Notes: a model not told the origin generated them from the sequence alone. DNA of 64,000 nucleotides from Octopus vulgaris (GCA_951406725.2 OX597816.1:173414001-173478000), one strand, 5' to 3'; counted from the stretch's first letter, positions 24,729-38,960 are shown. Program-made: numbers and translations.

Positions 24729-25148
24729 GTAAAAGTTTAATACTATTCTATATTCTATATTCAATATCCATCCATTGTAAATAATGTATAATAAGGTAAA
24801 AGTTTGCTTTCTTTTTCTGTCCTTCAGACCTTCCTTATGTGTGTATGTATAAAATGATTCTCCTTAACCTAGTAACTCTGTTTGTAGATCATGCAGATAT
24901 TACTGCCAAAGCCTGTCCTGGACTGTATTGTACATGTGTGAACTCTCAGCTCTCTGATCCGATAGATACTTCTGTAAATATGTGTACTGCTCTGTTATTT
25001 TATGACATGTGATTTTGTGTGTATCTAAATCTTTACATAAATTGTGTGTATGTCTGTGTAGAAAAGTGTATAAGAAAATATGTATAAATATTTGTAATCA
25101 CTAAGTGTTTTGTGAGTCTTTTTGTTACTACTTATACATAAATTGTGA

Positions 25149-25310
25149 GCGCAGGAGTGGCTGTGTGGTAAGTAGCTTGCTAACTAACCACATGGTTCCG
25201 GGTTCAGTCCCACTGCGTGGCATCTTGGGCAAGTGTCTTCTGCTATAGCCCCGGGCCGACCAATGCCTTGTGAGTGGATTTGGTAGACGGAAACTGAAAG
25301 AAGCCTGTCG

Positions 25311-25341
<31 letters not shown>

Positions 25342-25552
25342 TTGTGTGTCTGTGTTTGTCCCCCTAGCATTGCTTGACAACCGATGCTGGTGTGTTTACG
25401 TCTCCATCACTTAGTGGTTCGGCAAAAGAGACCAATAGAATAAGTACTGGGCTTACAAAGAATAAGTCCCGGGGTCGATTTGCTCGACTAAAGGCGGTGC
25501 TCCAGCATGGCCGCAGTCAAATGACTGAAACAAGTAAAAGAGTAAAGAGAGT
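25149..25552 (+). mobile_element. SINE family B
   Basis: full-length match. Confidence 0.85.
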
Positions 25553-26007
25553 ATATGTATATAGTTATTGTTTAGACCTGTGGGGGGAATGTGGCTTAGT
25601 GGTTAGGCTGTTGCACTCACTATTGTAAGATTGTGTTTTGATTTTCTGGACTGGGGCATTGCACTGTGTCCAGTCAGGTGGCAAAATGAATAACCTTGAT
25701 ATGGACTGGTGTCTCATCCATGGAAACTGGCCCTATCAACCTTTGGCTTAAGAAGGCCCTTTGTTCCTTTCTGTTTCTATTGATTACTTAGATCCAGTTC
25801 AGCTTTCATCAAACAGACTCATAATCAATGAATCCCAAGCATTATACTTATTTTCAGACAGTGTATCTACAACTCCATTATCTATTGTAGACTTTCATTC
25901 TTTAAGATGCTAAGTTATAGTTTAAGGGGAATTCAACTGGTATATTTAAATCTGTAAAGGTTTCTTCATTGACTTGTGTGCATGTCTATATATTTTTTAT
26001 TAGTGTA

Positions 26008-26311
26008 TGTGGCCGATGCCAGCACCGCCTCGACTGGCTTCCGTGCCGGTGGCACATAAAATACACCAATCCGACCGTGGCCGTTGCCAGCCTCGCCTGG
26101 CACCTGTGCAGGTGGCACGTAAAAAGCACCCACTACACTCATGGAGTGGTTGGCGTTAGGAAGGGCATCCAGCTGTAGAAACATTGCCAGATTAGACTGG
26201 AGCCTGGTGCAGCCTTCTGGCTTCCCAGGAACCCCGGTCGAACCGTCCAACCCATGCTAGCATGGAGAACGGACGTTAAACGATGATGATGATGATGATG
26301 ATGATGATGAT
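26008..26311 (+). mobile_element. family E element
   Basis: about 2 units plus ggttggcgttaggaagggcatccag and a (GAT)n tail. Confidence 0.75.
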
Positions 26312-26355
26312 ACTCTTTTCTCTCAAAAGAGTATATATACATTAATAAAAATATA

Positions 26356-26681
26356 TTGAGAGAGCACATAAGTAGCAAGATCATCAGAAAGAAGTCCGGC
26401 ATGAGAGATGTCATCGCAGAGTATACACGCAGCAAGTATAGATGGGCTGGACACGTCGCCCGGCTCACCGATAATCGGTGGACGCAGTTGTCAAGTGGTA
26501 CTCACGTGAGTGGAAAAGACCACCCGGAAGACCTCCACGACGGTGGAGTGATGATTTCAAGAGGACGATTGGGATCACGTGGATGAGAAAGGCGCGATCC
26601 AGAGAGGAGTGGACAGCGTGCTGTGATCAGCGGTGTCAAATGGACGCCTGACGGACTGGTCGGTCAAAGTGAAGTGAAGTG
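26356..26681 (+). mobile_element. RTE-clade LINE 3' fragment
   Basis: KYRWAGHVARLTDNRWT motif; (GTGAA)n tail; flanked by TA repeats. Confidence 0.75.
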
Positions 26682-28068
26682 ATATATACTCTTTTACTCT
26701 TTTACTTGTTTCAGTCATTTGACTGCGGCCATGCTGGGGCATCGCCTTTAGTCGAGCAAATCGACCCTAGGACTTATTCTTTGTAAGCCTAGTACTTATT
26801 CTATCAGTCTCTTTTGCTGAGCCGCTAAGTTATATGTATATAAATATTTCTGTGTGTGACTAGATATTAAAATAGGTTCACCATATCCCTGCATGTTATG
26901 GGAGGCAACCAAAATAGTGCATGGTAGAAAGGGCATCTAACTTGAAAACATTATCTCAAGATGGGAACCATGATGTATACAGATAAACTATTATGGCCTT
27001 GGAACATTTTGTTGTTGTTACTGTTGTGTACATATATATATATGTGCAGATGTGTGTGTAGGTGTATGTGTACATGCATTGGTGTGTGTGTGTAATTGGA
27101 AGAGTTATCTAAGTGCAGATTTTGTTCTGACACCTTGTGTTCTAAGGTTAAAATCATGCCAATGCCAATACCGTTTATCCTTTTTGGGTTGCTAATTAAA
27201 TTCATGTCCAAAGCATTTGGTGGGATTCTTTGCAGTCTCCGTTTTGGTTCTATGCAATCTGATAGCAATACTGGTGAGAATATAGTTGTTGTCTTTCCCT
27301 TGGACAACGTTGGTGGTGTATTGGTGATGTAGAAAGGAAAGACTTACATGTATAAGCTACTGTGAGCCTTACACACAGTCTTCCAATTACACACACACAC
27401 ACACACACACGCATGCACACACACACGCATGCACGCACAAACACACTGAAATAATTGATTGTGTATGAATGTGTCTTTTGATTCATCATCATCATCATCA
27501 TCGTTTAACGTCCGTTTTCCATGCTAGCATGGGTTGGACGGTTCAACTGGGGTCTGGGAAGCCAGGAGGCTGTGCCAGGCCCAGTCTGATCTGGCAGTGT
27601 TTCTACAGCTGGATGCCCTTCCTACAATGAAATTTGTAAAACCTTGTATCTATTTCTAACAAAATACAACCAGTTGGATAAGTGGCTTGTCAATGACCAA
27701 TGATTACTCAATGTCTGGAAATAAAGAATCCTGACCCAGGCAAGCTTCATTTTCTTGCCATTGCTTTATTGTTAGAAACATGTGAATGAAATTGCACAAT
27801 GGAGGTTGAAAGCAGGGGAAGGGCAGAGTCAAAACTTAAACACCTATTTTGCAAACTTGACACATTTGTCAGAATTAGTAGAGTATATGTTAATTCCAGG
27901 AACTTTAAGATGATTACAGGCTTGATGTTCAAGATATACAGCAATATGTGTGAATGCACTAAGATCTCATTCTATTTACATAGAATCTACTTGTGTGTAC
28001 TGCACAAATAGTTTTATCAAAGAGGGAAAGAGAGAGAGGGAGAGAGAGTGAGAGAGAGATAGAAAGCA

Positions 28069-28111
<43 letters not shown>

Positions 28112-28389
28112 AAGACAGAGGAAAAGTTGAAAGTGTATCAGTGACTTGGAGATACATTGACCCACAACCATATATACGTATGTCTTGTGGCATTATAGAG
28201 TAACATTACTAGCATAGACACAAAATTTGCAGAGAGGGGAGAAATATCAATCCTAGTACCTGACAGGTATCTTATTTTATTGACCTTTGAAGGAGGAAAA
28301 GCAAAATTGAACTCAATGGAATTTGAATTCAAAATGTAAAAAGCCAGACATTCATTCCAACACTCTAACAATTCTCTAAATTCCTCCTT

Positions 28390-28705
28390 CATCATCATCA
28401 TCGTTTAACGTCCGTTTTCCGCGCTAGCACGGGTTGGACGGTTCGACCGGGGTCTGGGAAGCCAGGGGCTGCACCAGGCTCCAGTCTGATCTGGCAGAGT
28501 TTCTACAGCTGGATGCCCTTCCTAACGCCAACCACTCCGCGAGTGTAGTGGGTGCTTTTTACGTGCCACCTGCACTGGTGCCAGGCAAGGCTGGCATCGG
28601 CCACGGTCGGATTGGTGCTTTTTATGTGCCACCTGCACGGAAGCCAGTCAAGGCAGCGCTGGCAACGGCCACGTTCGGATGGTGCTTTTTATGTGCCACC
28701 GGCAC
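28390..28705 (-). mobile_element. family E element (partial copy also at 27484-27625)
   Basis: (CAT)n then tttaacgtccg...ggatgcccttcctaacgccaacc...gtgctttttacgtgccacc units. Confidence 0.75.
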
Positions 28706-28902
28706 AGATATCACAACTACTATTTCCATTGATACTACTATTTCCATTCGTTGCAAACATATTCTAAAAGCACCAGTTCCAATCCAATCAGCCAGAAAAT
28801 AATCCCTAATATTCTTCCCTAATCCTTGTATTTAAAACTACTATGGTTATTTCTGACATCAGAAATATCATAAATAATCAGCCTCATCCTTTTTATGTGA
28901 TA

Positions 28903-29299
28903 CTAGCAGTATCGCCTGGCGTTGCTCGGGTTTGTAAGGGAAATAACTATATAAGCATTTTTAGAGATGTAAAGTATAATAGCCATCTCAATATGGCTAA
29001 CCACAAAGGAGGGGTGTTACTGTAGCTTTTTTACGTTCTGAGATTTAATAATAAATTTTTAGAGAGTTACTTCCCTTATATATGCCAAAAATGCATTAAA
29101 AATGGGGAAAATTGATGGTAAATTTTTTTTTAAATCGTAGACTCATCGTAGATGCGCGCTAACACCCAGAAGGGTTCGATATGAATCACGACTATAAGAT
29201 ACCCGGTTTTGGTTAAACTGCACCGCAAAATGTGGGAGTAGTTAGGAATCTAAATCGTAGGAGACAGACAGCACACAACCTCACTTTTATATATATAGA
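28903..29299 (-). mobile_element. non-autonomous Helitron
   Basis: same termini and body as 8148-8542. Confidence 0.85.
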
Positions 29300-29872
29300 T
29301 TAGATGGTTATTAGTTATCACATTTTGATTTGTGATAGAGTATGATGGCGTTGTAGATAATTAGAGGCATTGAAGGACAGGATGTCACATTCATGCTTGT
29401 TTGCTATCTCGATAGGCATATATGTATCTTTTACCAATACTTCTTGGTCGTCAAGTAGAATCTCCACTGAGATGAAGCTTGATTGATGTTGTTTAACTCT
29501 TGGTCAGTCTTCACTCAGCAAACTTGTTGAATGTCAATAATTAACTAAATGACCAGGTGTCATCCAGAGATCTATACCTCTGTCTAGTTGTTGTTGAGTA
29601 GCCACCAGTAGGCTCTGGGCTATGATCAGAAGTGTTCCTGCTATGCCCATCCATATTTTTTTCTGGTGTAGCGTACCCAGGACTTCATTGTTAAATGTGT
29701 CCTCCTTTTCTCGTTGGTTTCAAGAGCTACACATATTTCTTGCTATGTTGAATTATTTCTCCCCAGTCAAATTTATTGTTTATGTTTGTTATTAATAGTT
29801 TTTCTTAGCCCCAGGTCAACCCTATTCAACAAATTTATGAACAAGGTTGAATTATGAACAAATTTATGAATA

Positions 29873-30262
29873 GGCGCAGGAGTGGCTGTGTGGTAAGTAG
29901 CTTGTTTACCAACCACATGTTTCCAGGTTCAGTCCCACTGCGTGGCACCTTGGGCAAGTGTCTTCTACTATAGCCTCGGGCCGACCAAAGCCTTGTGAGT
30001 GGATTTGGTAGACGGAAACAAAAAGAAGCCCGTCTTATATATGTATATATATGTATATATGTATGTGTGTCTGTGTTTGTCCCCCTAGCATTGCTTGACA
30101 ACCGATGCTGGTGTGTTTACGTCCCCGTCACTTAGCGGTTCGGAAAAAGAGACCGATAGAATAAGTTCTGGGCTTACAAAGAATAAGTCCCAGGATCAAT
30201 TTGCTCGACTAAAGGCGGTGCTCCAGCATGGCCGCAGTCAAATGACTGAAACAAGTAAAAGA
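29873..30262 (+). mobile_element. SINE family B (older copy follows at 30462-30940)
   Basis: full-length match. Confidence 0.85.
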
Positions 30263-30628
30263 AAAAGGTCATTCTTGTTATGACCATTTCATCTGTTTGT
30301 AAATGGCAGAATGTTCCTGTTAAAACCTTTGTAAAATATAAGAGACCAGACAAAGACGTGTAGTTTGTGCAGAGTAGCAGAAACCACTTGTTGAACGGAT
30401 GTTAACCTAATGTTAAAGATAAAAGAAAAGAAAAGTATCTACTGAAAATTAATGAGAAATCTGCAGGCATGGCTGTGTGGTAAGAAGTTTGCATCCCAAC
30501 CACATGGTTCTGGGTTCAGTTCCACTGTGTTGCACCTTGGGCAAATGTCTTCTACTATAACCCAAGACCAACCCAAAGCCTTGTGAGTGAAATTGGCAGG
30601 TGGAAGTTGAAAGAAGCATGTCATGTGT

Positions 30629-30708
<80 letters not shown>

Positions 30709-31121
30709 ATGTGTGTGCATGTGTCTTTGTATTTGTTCTCCACCACTGCTTAACAACCATGGTTGATTCGTTTATGTCCCCTTAACTTAGCAGTTTAGGG
30801 AAAAATGATTAATAGAATATGTACTCAACTTTAAAAAAAAAAAGTTACTGGGGTCAATTTGTTCAACTAAACCCTTTAATGCAGCAGCCCAGCTTAGTTG
30901 CAGTCTAATGACTGAAACAAGCAAGCAGTAAAAAGGTAAAAGGTATACTACAACCAACTTTAAATCTACACTAGTTATTATTACACACATATTTATGCAA
31001 CTGACTGCTTCACTGCCAAATCTTGAAAAGCTGGGTTTTACAAAGCTACAAGAAACACAACTTATTTGAAAATTACAATTATAGCAGGTTCTATATACTG
31101 CTAAGAGAGATGCATATTAAG

Positions 31122-31336
31122 TACTCTACTCTTTTTACTTGTTTCAGTCATTTGACTGCGGCCATGCTGGAGCACCGCCTTTAGTCGAGCAAATCGACCC
31201 CGAGACTTATTCTTTGTAAGCCCAGTACTTATTCTATCGGTCTCTTTTTCCGAACCGCTAAGTGACGGGGACGTAAACACACCAGCATCGGTTGTCAAGC
31301 AATGCTAGGGGGACAAACACAGACACACAAACACAT

Positions 31337-31422
<86 letters not shown>

Positions 31423-31535
31423 GACAGGCTTCTTTCAGTTTCCGTCTACCAAATCCACTCACAAGGCATTGGTCGGCCCGGGGCTATAGCAGAAGACACT
31501 TGCCCAAGATGCCACGCAGTGGGACTGAACCCGAA
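31122..31535 (-). mobile_element. SINE family B, 5' truncated
   Basis: match to family B. Confidence 0.8.
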
Positions 31536-31566
31536 ACTTTATGTTTTTTGCATGAATACACAAATA

Positions 31567-31600
<34 letters not shown>

Positions 31601-31734
31601 GCAAAGTAGGACCCCACCCAGTCTCTGAACACACACCCCTAGTGCTCCTTTGTCCCAAAACGCCCCCCTCGAGCTCCAAATGGCACCCAGTTTTGGGACT
31701 ATATGGCCCCCGTTGAGAACCTTTGGTCTAGAGA

Positions 31735-32010
31735 ATGTGCACGAAACCGGTGATGAATATTGTGAGAGAAATGGGATGAAATGGCTAGGTGATGGTCTGA
31801 GGAAGGATGAAAGCAATTGGTTGGAAGGACTGATTGGAATGAATATGGAAGGAAGTAGAGGAAGAGGAAGACCAAAAAAGATTTAGCTGAAGATGGAAAT
31901 GAGAGCAAGGAGATTGATGAGGAAGAATATAGGAAATGTGGCAGAATTGAGTCCAGAAAGGTAAACCTCTACTTTAACAGGGAAAACACTCTTAAGTTGG
32001 TATTCTGTTG
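31735..32010 (+). mobile_element. RTE LINE C-terminal fragment
   Basis: MKWLGDGLRKDESNW...MEGSRGRGRPKK resembles the RTE WFGHV.R....V.G.R.RGRPK motif. Confidence 0.6.
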
Positions 32011-32087
32011 TTGTATTCAGTATGATGATCAGATAGCAGGATTCCACTTCTCACTTGTAATGTTGTTTTATACATAATCTGACATAT

Positions 32088-32410
32088 CATCATCATCATC
32101 ATCGTTTAACGTCCATTCTCCATGCTAGCATGGGTTGGACAGTTCAACTGGGGTCTGGGAAGCCCGAAGGCTGTACCAGGCCAGTCAGATCTGGCGGTGT
32201 TTCTACAGCTGGATGCCCTTCCTAATGCCAACCACTCCGTGAATGTAGTGGGTGCTTTTTATGTGCCACCAACACAGGTGCAAGACGAGGCTGGCGAACG
32301 GCCACGCTCGGATGGTGTTTTTTACGTTTCACCGGCACGGAGGCCAGGCAGGGCTGGCACGGCCACGATCGGATGGTGTTTGTTACGTGCCACCAGCACG
32401 GAGGCCAGTT
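32088..32410 (-). mobile_element. family E element
   Basis: same tail and units as other family E copies. Confidence 0.75.
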
Positions 32411-32616
32411 GAGCAAAAACCCAGTCTTAAATGATATGTGATAAGGAAGCTGTTGTTAATGATGGTGTGATGATAATGCCAAAGGCAGTTGAAGTGGTAG
32501 TAATCTACCAAAGGTTAGTAAAGTATATTCTAATAAGACAATGAGATTTGTTCAACTGATTGTAACCTCCATCCTACCATTGTTGCTTTCCCATCTCTTT
32601 TATGGTATAGAAAAAA

Positions 32617-32847
32617 GGCGGCGAGCTGGCAGAAACGTTAGCATGCTGGGCAAAATGCGTAGCCGTATTTCGTCTGCTGTTACGTTCTGAGTTCAAATTC
32701 CGCTAAGGTCGACTTTGCCTTTCATCCTTTCGGGGTTGATTAAATAAGTATCAGTTACGCACTGGGGTCGATATAATCGACTTAATCCATTTGTCTGTCC
32801 TTGTTTGTCATCTCTGTGTTTAGCCCCTTGTGGGTAGTAAAGAAATA
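32617..32847 (+). mobile_element. SINE family A
   Basis: full-length; TSD ggtatagaaaaa. Confidence 0.85.
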
Positions 32848-32986
32848 GGTATAGAAAAATGAATAAGCTTACCTTATTCATTTCTCTATACCATTCTCCC
32901 ATTTCAATTTTCCATTAAAATTCTTGTATAACCGACCATGCATACACACTGTATATAATTCACAAGCTCTCCTTCTAATCATACAG

Positions 32987-33180
32987 GACTTGAGTGGTGC
33001 CAGACACGACATCTTACTCGGTTTCCACTTGATGCCAACCAGCAAAGATATCCTACCGGCATTTGGATACCTCTTTCCATCCATTCCAACAAGAAATATA
33101 TTGACCAGTCCACTAGCAGCACAAACCAGAGTTATAGCAGAAGAGTTGCTCTCTGATCCACTTCACCAAAGTATAGAAAG
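32987..33180 (+). CDS. TTC16: TTC16-like coding exon
   Basis: atcatacAG / GTaaga; DLSGARHDILLGFHLMPTSKDILPAFGYLFPSIPTRNILTSPLAAQTR... resembles the TTC16 GAR.D....L.L.P....LFP block; phase 0 in, phase 2 out. Confidence 0.83.
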
Positions 33181-34821
33181 GTAAGAAATATACAATATTA
33201 TTATATTTATGGACTTTAGTTCTATCCTTTCACATTCTGAATTCAAATCTGTTCCAGAGTTAACTTTCATCCTTAGATCAATAAACTAAATGATAATCAA
33301 ACATTGGGTTCATGTTATCAACTTCCCCTCAAATTTGTAGCCTTCTGTTTTTGTCAGAAATTATTCTAATTAGGATCATTAACCCAGAAGCACATTTTAA
33401 AATATATTTTGTTATGATTGTTAGCCCTGAGACTCAGCCGACTTAATCATCAAAGGTATTCTACTTATGACCATTTTATCTTTGTGTTCAAGTATAATGT
33501 ATCTTGGACCACTTTATCCAATATTTTAATTCAGTAAAATGGGATTTAAGGAAGAAATGGCTGCTAATACTAGCTGGCTAAAAAATCACAGTTAGTCTTT
33601 TTCATACCTCAGCCACTGAGATTTGTTAGGTATGCACACTGCATGCTTGAGAGTTTGAGCCATACACTTTAACCACATCTAGCCAGACCATTGTGAGGCA
33701 GACTGCCATTTTTCATCCTAGATAATCCAATTGAAAATTTGAAAAGTTGAAAATTCTGATATATTCCAGACATGTGGGATCAAGCCTTGATCTAGTTGAT
33801 ACTATTTCATAGTGTCACTTATCTTGAGCCTTTTCATTAATTCTGTCACAGTGTGGGCTTAAATCTCTCTCGAAGACTTGGAGTGGCACAGTTACTGAGT
33901 GATCTCCATTTCAGTGGGATGCTTCCTGCCAGAAATTCTCTCTTCTGTTTCATCAGATACTATCACTGTGTGTTGCATCTGTGATCCTCTTGTCTTTACT
34001 TGATCATAGCTCAGTATATTTTGAGCCTTTTTATGCACTTGTAGATCTTTTTACAGTGACGCTTTATTTCCAGAAATTCCACTTAATTATATTTGGGTCA
34101 GCTGTCTTTGAGTCCATAAACCATTTCTGATCATTACACTTGTTTCTGTCATGTTGAGCCTCCTATCTTCCCTCTTGAGAGACTCTGCAGTTGTTGCTTA
34201 CCATTGGTTCTCATGCCATGGTTAGAGTCTTTATGTGAGTGCTGGCTTCTTACACTCATACCAGTCTTCCATGGAGGCCATCTGTCTTTCCAGAATCACC
34301 AAGCTTTCTCAGCAGCCATCCAAACTTTCTTGGAAGTCACTGGTTGTCCAGAAATTATGAGAATTAATACATCAAAAAGAAGATGTCAATATTCATGTGG
34401 TGTTTCTACCCTGAACTTTAACACCCACTTATTTGCAAGTCGGAAGCAGTGGTCAAATCATTGCCCACTCCCTCTTGCTTTATAACCAACAAGTTCTTTC
34501 TGCTCCAGCTCTCATCCTTCTGGTAGCTGTCTTTCTTTGTTATTCAAAAGAATCATTGCTGCTGCTGCTGTTTTTTTTTAGTAGCTCTGATCAGTTCTTT
34601 TCAAACAAACTCTGGCAGAAGCCAACAAAGCACTTAGAAGCAATCCACCTACACTTCTCCTGGGAACATGCGGCACCCCAGGGATAGAAAAACTGAAAGT
34701 TGTCACATTCATACATTTTCAAGGAAATTAACTGTGCAAGCTAAAGCAGAATCAAATGGCTCCATGTTGAGAAGAAAAAGCTAATCATAGACTTCTCTCA
34801 TTGACTGCTTACTAGTATTCT

Positions 34822-35206
34822 GGAGGCGCAATGGCCCAGTGGTTAGGGCAGCGGACTCGCGGTCGTAGGATCGCGGTTTCGATTCCCAGACCGGGCGTTG
34901 TGAGTGTTTATTAAGCGAAAACACCTAAAGCTCCACGAGGCACCGGCAGGGGATGGTGGTGATCCCTGCTGTACTCTTTCACCACAACTTTCTCTCACTC
35001 TTACTTCCTGTTTCTGTTGTACCTGTATTTCAAAGGGCCGGCCTTGTCACTCTCTGTGTCACGCTGAATATCTCCGAGAACTACGTTAAGGGTACACGTG
35101 TCTGTGGAGTGCTCAGCCACTTACACGTTAATTTCACGAGCAGGCTGTTCCGTTGATTCGGATCATCCGGAACCCTCGTCGTCGTAACCGACAGAGTGCT
35201 TCCACA
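34822..35206 (+). mobile_element. SINE family C
   Basis: 11-bp TSD actagtattct; near-identical to 24048-24440. Confidence 0.85.
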
Positions 35207-35579
35207 ACTAGTATTCTATGGTATCAAAGGTTATGTTATCAATTTCTAATTCATATTTTAGGCTTCAAATTTATGAACGACGAAGAATGGGATGTTATGA
35301 TATTTATGACTTTTTTTTTTGTAAGCTTTTTACAAATAGATGAAAAATAGTTAAATTTCCACAAGGATAGTATGACAATCTTTTGCAAGTTTACAACAAG
35401 GAAAAGTGCTGCAGCAGAATGGAACTCAAGGACTTTGAGATGATCCATATCCATTCAGCTATTTCATCTTTCATGTAAAAACTATGAAATTGTTGAAATG
35501 ACTTCAGCAACTAGGTACCCAACACCTGATAGTATACTCAGTTGTTTACAGGGGAGGGGGTTCTTTTTTTTATTAGGTA

Positions 35580-35975
35580 CTAGCAGTATTGCCTGGCGTT
35601 GCTCGGGTTTGTAAGGGAAATAACTATATAAGCAATTTTAGAGATGTAAAGTATAATAGCCATCTCAATATGGCTAACCACAAAGGAAGGCATGTTACTG
35701 TAGCTTTTTACGTTCTGAGATTTAATAGTAAATTTCTAGAAAGTTATTTCCCTTATATATGCCAAAAATGGATTAAAATGGGAAAAATTGATGGTAAATT
35801 TTTTTTTTAATCGTAGACTCATCGTAGACGCGCGCTAATACCCAGAAGGGCTCGATATGAATCACGACTATAAGATACCCGGTTTTGGTTAAACTGCACC
35901 GCAAAATGTGGGAGTAGTTAGGAATCTAAATCGAAGGGGACAGACAGCACACAACCTCACTTTTATATATAAAGA
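35580..35975 (-). mobile_element. non-autonomous Helitron
   Basis: same termini and body as 8148-8542. Confidence 0.85.
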
Positions 35976-36033
35976 TTGGCTTAAAAATCATCATTGCAAC
36001 AAAATGTTTCTTTTTCTCTCGCTTTATTTTCAG

Positions 36034-36175
36034 AATTTTCAGTTTCGATGCAGGTGAGAGTAATGTACTAACATCCCTGATTAGTGACCCATTAACTGTG
36101 ATGGGTAATCAACCACCAATATTCCTCCAGCCAAATTTCTGTTCTACTCCTGATTTACTTCAAGAAAAGAAAAGG
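36034..36175 (+). CDS. TTC16: probable TTC16-like C-terminal coding exon
   Basis: strong polypyrimidine tract plus ttttcAG, donor GTaagg; phase 2 in matches the previous exon; (R)IFSFDAGESNVLTSLISDPLTVMGNQPPIFLQPNFCSTPDLLQEKKR; little recognisable homology. Confidence 0.6.
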
Positions 36176-36259
36176 GTAAGGAATACAAGTTATTATAAAC
36201 TTTGGTCCTTATTTTTTATCCTAAATGTTTTTGTGGCCCTTGTGGCCAATAAAGAAGAA

Positions 36260-36290
<31 letters not shown>

Positions 36291-36446
36291 TCTATGTTTG
36301 ACTTTTGCTTTATATTTGTACAAGTTGGCTCCAAGTCTCACCCAGAGACCTCAAGAGACAACAGGTTGGAAGTTCACGTTGTTGTTATGCCTAGTGTGCC
36401 ATATATTTGGGGTTTTTTTTGGTGTTGTACTAGTGAATGTTTTATT

Positions 36447-36490
<44 letters not shown>

Positions 36491-36509
36491 GTTATTGTTA
36501 TTGTTATTA

Positions 36510-36565
<56 letters not shown>

Positions 36566-36689
36566 GTTATTCAGTAGTCTTATTTTTATTACATGCTTTC
36601 ACTGCACTACTGAATGCCTTGGGTATGTGCTGTGGTTTGTGGTGATGCTTTTATTTTCACTATTATCATTATTATCATTATTATTATTA

Positions 36690-37196
36690 TGTTTGACATT
36701 TGCTTTACATTTGTACAAGTTGGCTCCAAGTCTCACCCAGAGACCTCAAAAGACAACAAGTTGGAAGTTCATGTTGGTGTTATGCCTAGGGTGCCATATA
36801 TTTGGTTTTGTACACCGTGTTGTTCTAGAGAATATTTAAGAAACCATAAGAAAATTATGTGTTTGTTTTAAAACTTGAGATTACATAGAAAGTATTTTGT
36901 GTAGGATATGGGCAGTTCTCATGAGCACTATCTTTTGAATTTCTGCCATTTTGGGGTTTCCTGGTATCTGAGCTAGGTAGCAATCAGCCCCTTTTGCTAT
37001 CATTTCCAGGGCACCTATGGCAACAGGTATTGTTTTAGTCTTCAGGTTCCACATTTTGCTAATTTCTATTTCAAGATCTTTATATTTGCTCAGATTTTGG
37101 TAGGTCTTGACAGATACATTTATATCGATTGGGACAGTCATATCAACGAGGAGGCATGTTTTTTGTCTGAAGTCTTTCAATATGATGTCTGGCCTA

Positions 37197-37198
<2 letters not shown>
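36690..37198 (-). mobile_element. R4/Dong-clade LINE 3' end (restriction-like endonuclease) in (TAA)n; shorter 3' UTR copy at ~36293-36445
   Basis: NRPDIILKD...CLLVDMTVPIDINVSVK...KYKDLEIEISKMW...IPVAIGAL...IQKIVLMRTAHIL; flanked by (ATT)n. Confidence 0.85.
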
Positions 37199-37232
<34 letters not shown>

Positions 37233-37233
<1 letters not shown>

Positions 37234-37886
37234 GAGTGAGCGAGCAGAGCATACCATCAAAGTGACACTGGGGTAAAATATACGAAGCCCAGTATACCCA
37301 TCATGACTACCTGTCTGATAAGGGTACACCAGGCACATGCATCACAACCATATGTGCGCGACATGGTGATCTCATATCAAGATAAACAGCACATGACCTT
37401 GCAGGTGGAGCCCAGTTAGAATTTTCTTCAGATCGAGTAACCCATCCCGCTCAAAAGGTCCTTGAATAAGGGTTATTTAAGGACGTTGAACGAAACACCC
37501 ATGTTTCCAGAGGTGAATTATTCAAACCCCAAAGAATCCTTCTCAACACATGGCTATGATGCTCCCCCACTACTTCTGCTCGTGATCAGAGATGCACATA
37601 TCGTCAGCCACTAAGGGACATGCTCAACTGGTTAAGGTCAAACAACTAACAAGCAAATCTGTGGTATTGAGCAGAATATTTGCTGTAGCCCATCTTTTAT
37701 ACCAAGACAAAACAATGTACATGATAACACTTCCAATCAGTTAAGATCAGAAGGCATGAGAGCCACTGCCTGGTACTGCATCAGGGCATTTATGGTACTG
37801 CATCAGGGCATATGGTACTGCATCAGGGCATTGGTACTGCATCAGGGCATTGGTACTGCATCAGGGCATTGGTACTGCATCAGGGC

Positions 37887-37890
<4 letters not shown>
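37233..37890. mobile_element. non-coding (TAA)n-embedded element ending in six ~19-nt tandem repeats
   Basis: bounded by (ATT)n on both sides; tggtactgcatcagggca x6 at 37771-37890. Confidence 0.55.
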
Positions 37891-37946
<56 letters not shown>

Positions 37947-38138
37947 TACCTTTATTATCATTTTTGTTATTATTAAGGTGGAGAGCTGGTAGAATCATTA
38001 GCACACTGGGCAAAATGCTAAGTAGTATTTCATCCATCTTTACATTCTGAATTCAAATGCTGCTGTGGTCGACTTTGCATTCATCATTTCAGGGTTGATG
38101 AAATAAGTACCAGTTGACCCCTGTGGTCAATGTAATTC

Positions 38139-38895
38139 TATTGTTTCTTTAAAACAAATTTCATTGGGATTTTTGGACAATTACAGTAACATTCATGCTC
38201 TAATGGAGCAAATTTTCACAATAACAATCTCACTTTTATTTCATCCAACCACAATTTGCAATCTTGCTTAAAAATTTCCTCGTACCTTCTGTAGTACGAT
38301 GCAAAAGTTATGCTTTCCTCTGGGTTAAAACTGAATTCATTAATCGAGTTTGAAACTCTGTCTGGCAAAAATGAACTTGCCTCATTTTTGGACTTCTTTG
38401 AATATAACTCCAATAGATGTTATTGTTGCTGTAATAGTTTCTTCTGCAACTCCTGCTGCTGGTCTTCTTGCTTTTGCAACTGTACTATCGAAGCTAATAG
38501 GTTTTTCATTATTTAACAAGTTGTATGACAAACAAATTGTTAAATAACCTACATGAGCTTTGAAACCCTCATCTCTAGATGTTGTAACTTTCTTTGTTAT
38601 CTATATAAAACAAAGGATTGTGTGTCTGTGTGTCTGTGTCTGTGTGTAATGCGTATGCATTTCTACAGGTTTCAACTGATTTTCACCAAACTTTACACAC
38701 ATATATTATTTATGTAGCATGGATGGTCATGCGCTATAACATTTTGTGCAGAGACCCCGCATAATGCAAGAAACCAACCATAAAAAAGACCTTTTCGCAT
38801 GGGTTTTCTCTAAAAACTGCAGTTTTCAACCGATTCTCTCCCTTCGACTTCTGCAATTTTCAAGTGATTCTCTTCTCTCTCTCTCTCTCTCTCTT

Positions 38896-38960
<65 letters not shown>

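Noticed and set aside
33600-34700. Possible decayed transposon or exon on the minus strand
   Set aside because: No recognisable motifs, termini or splice-consistent frame.
34822-34895. tRNA gene
   Set aside because: tRNA-like A/B boxes form the head of a SINE with body, tail and TSD; not a standalone cloverleaf.
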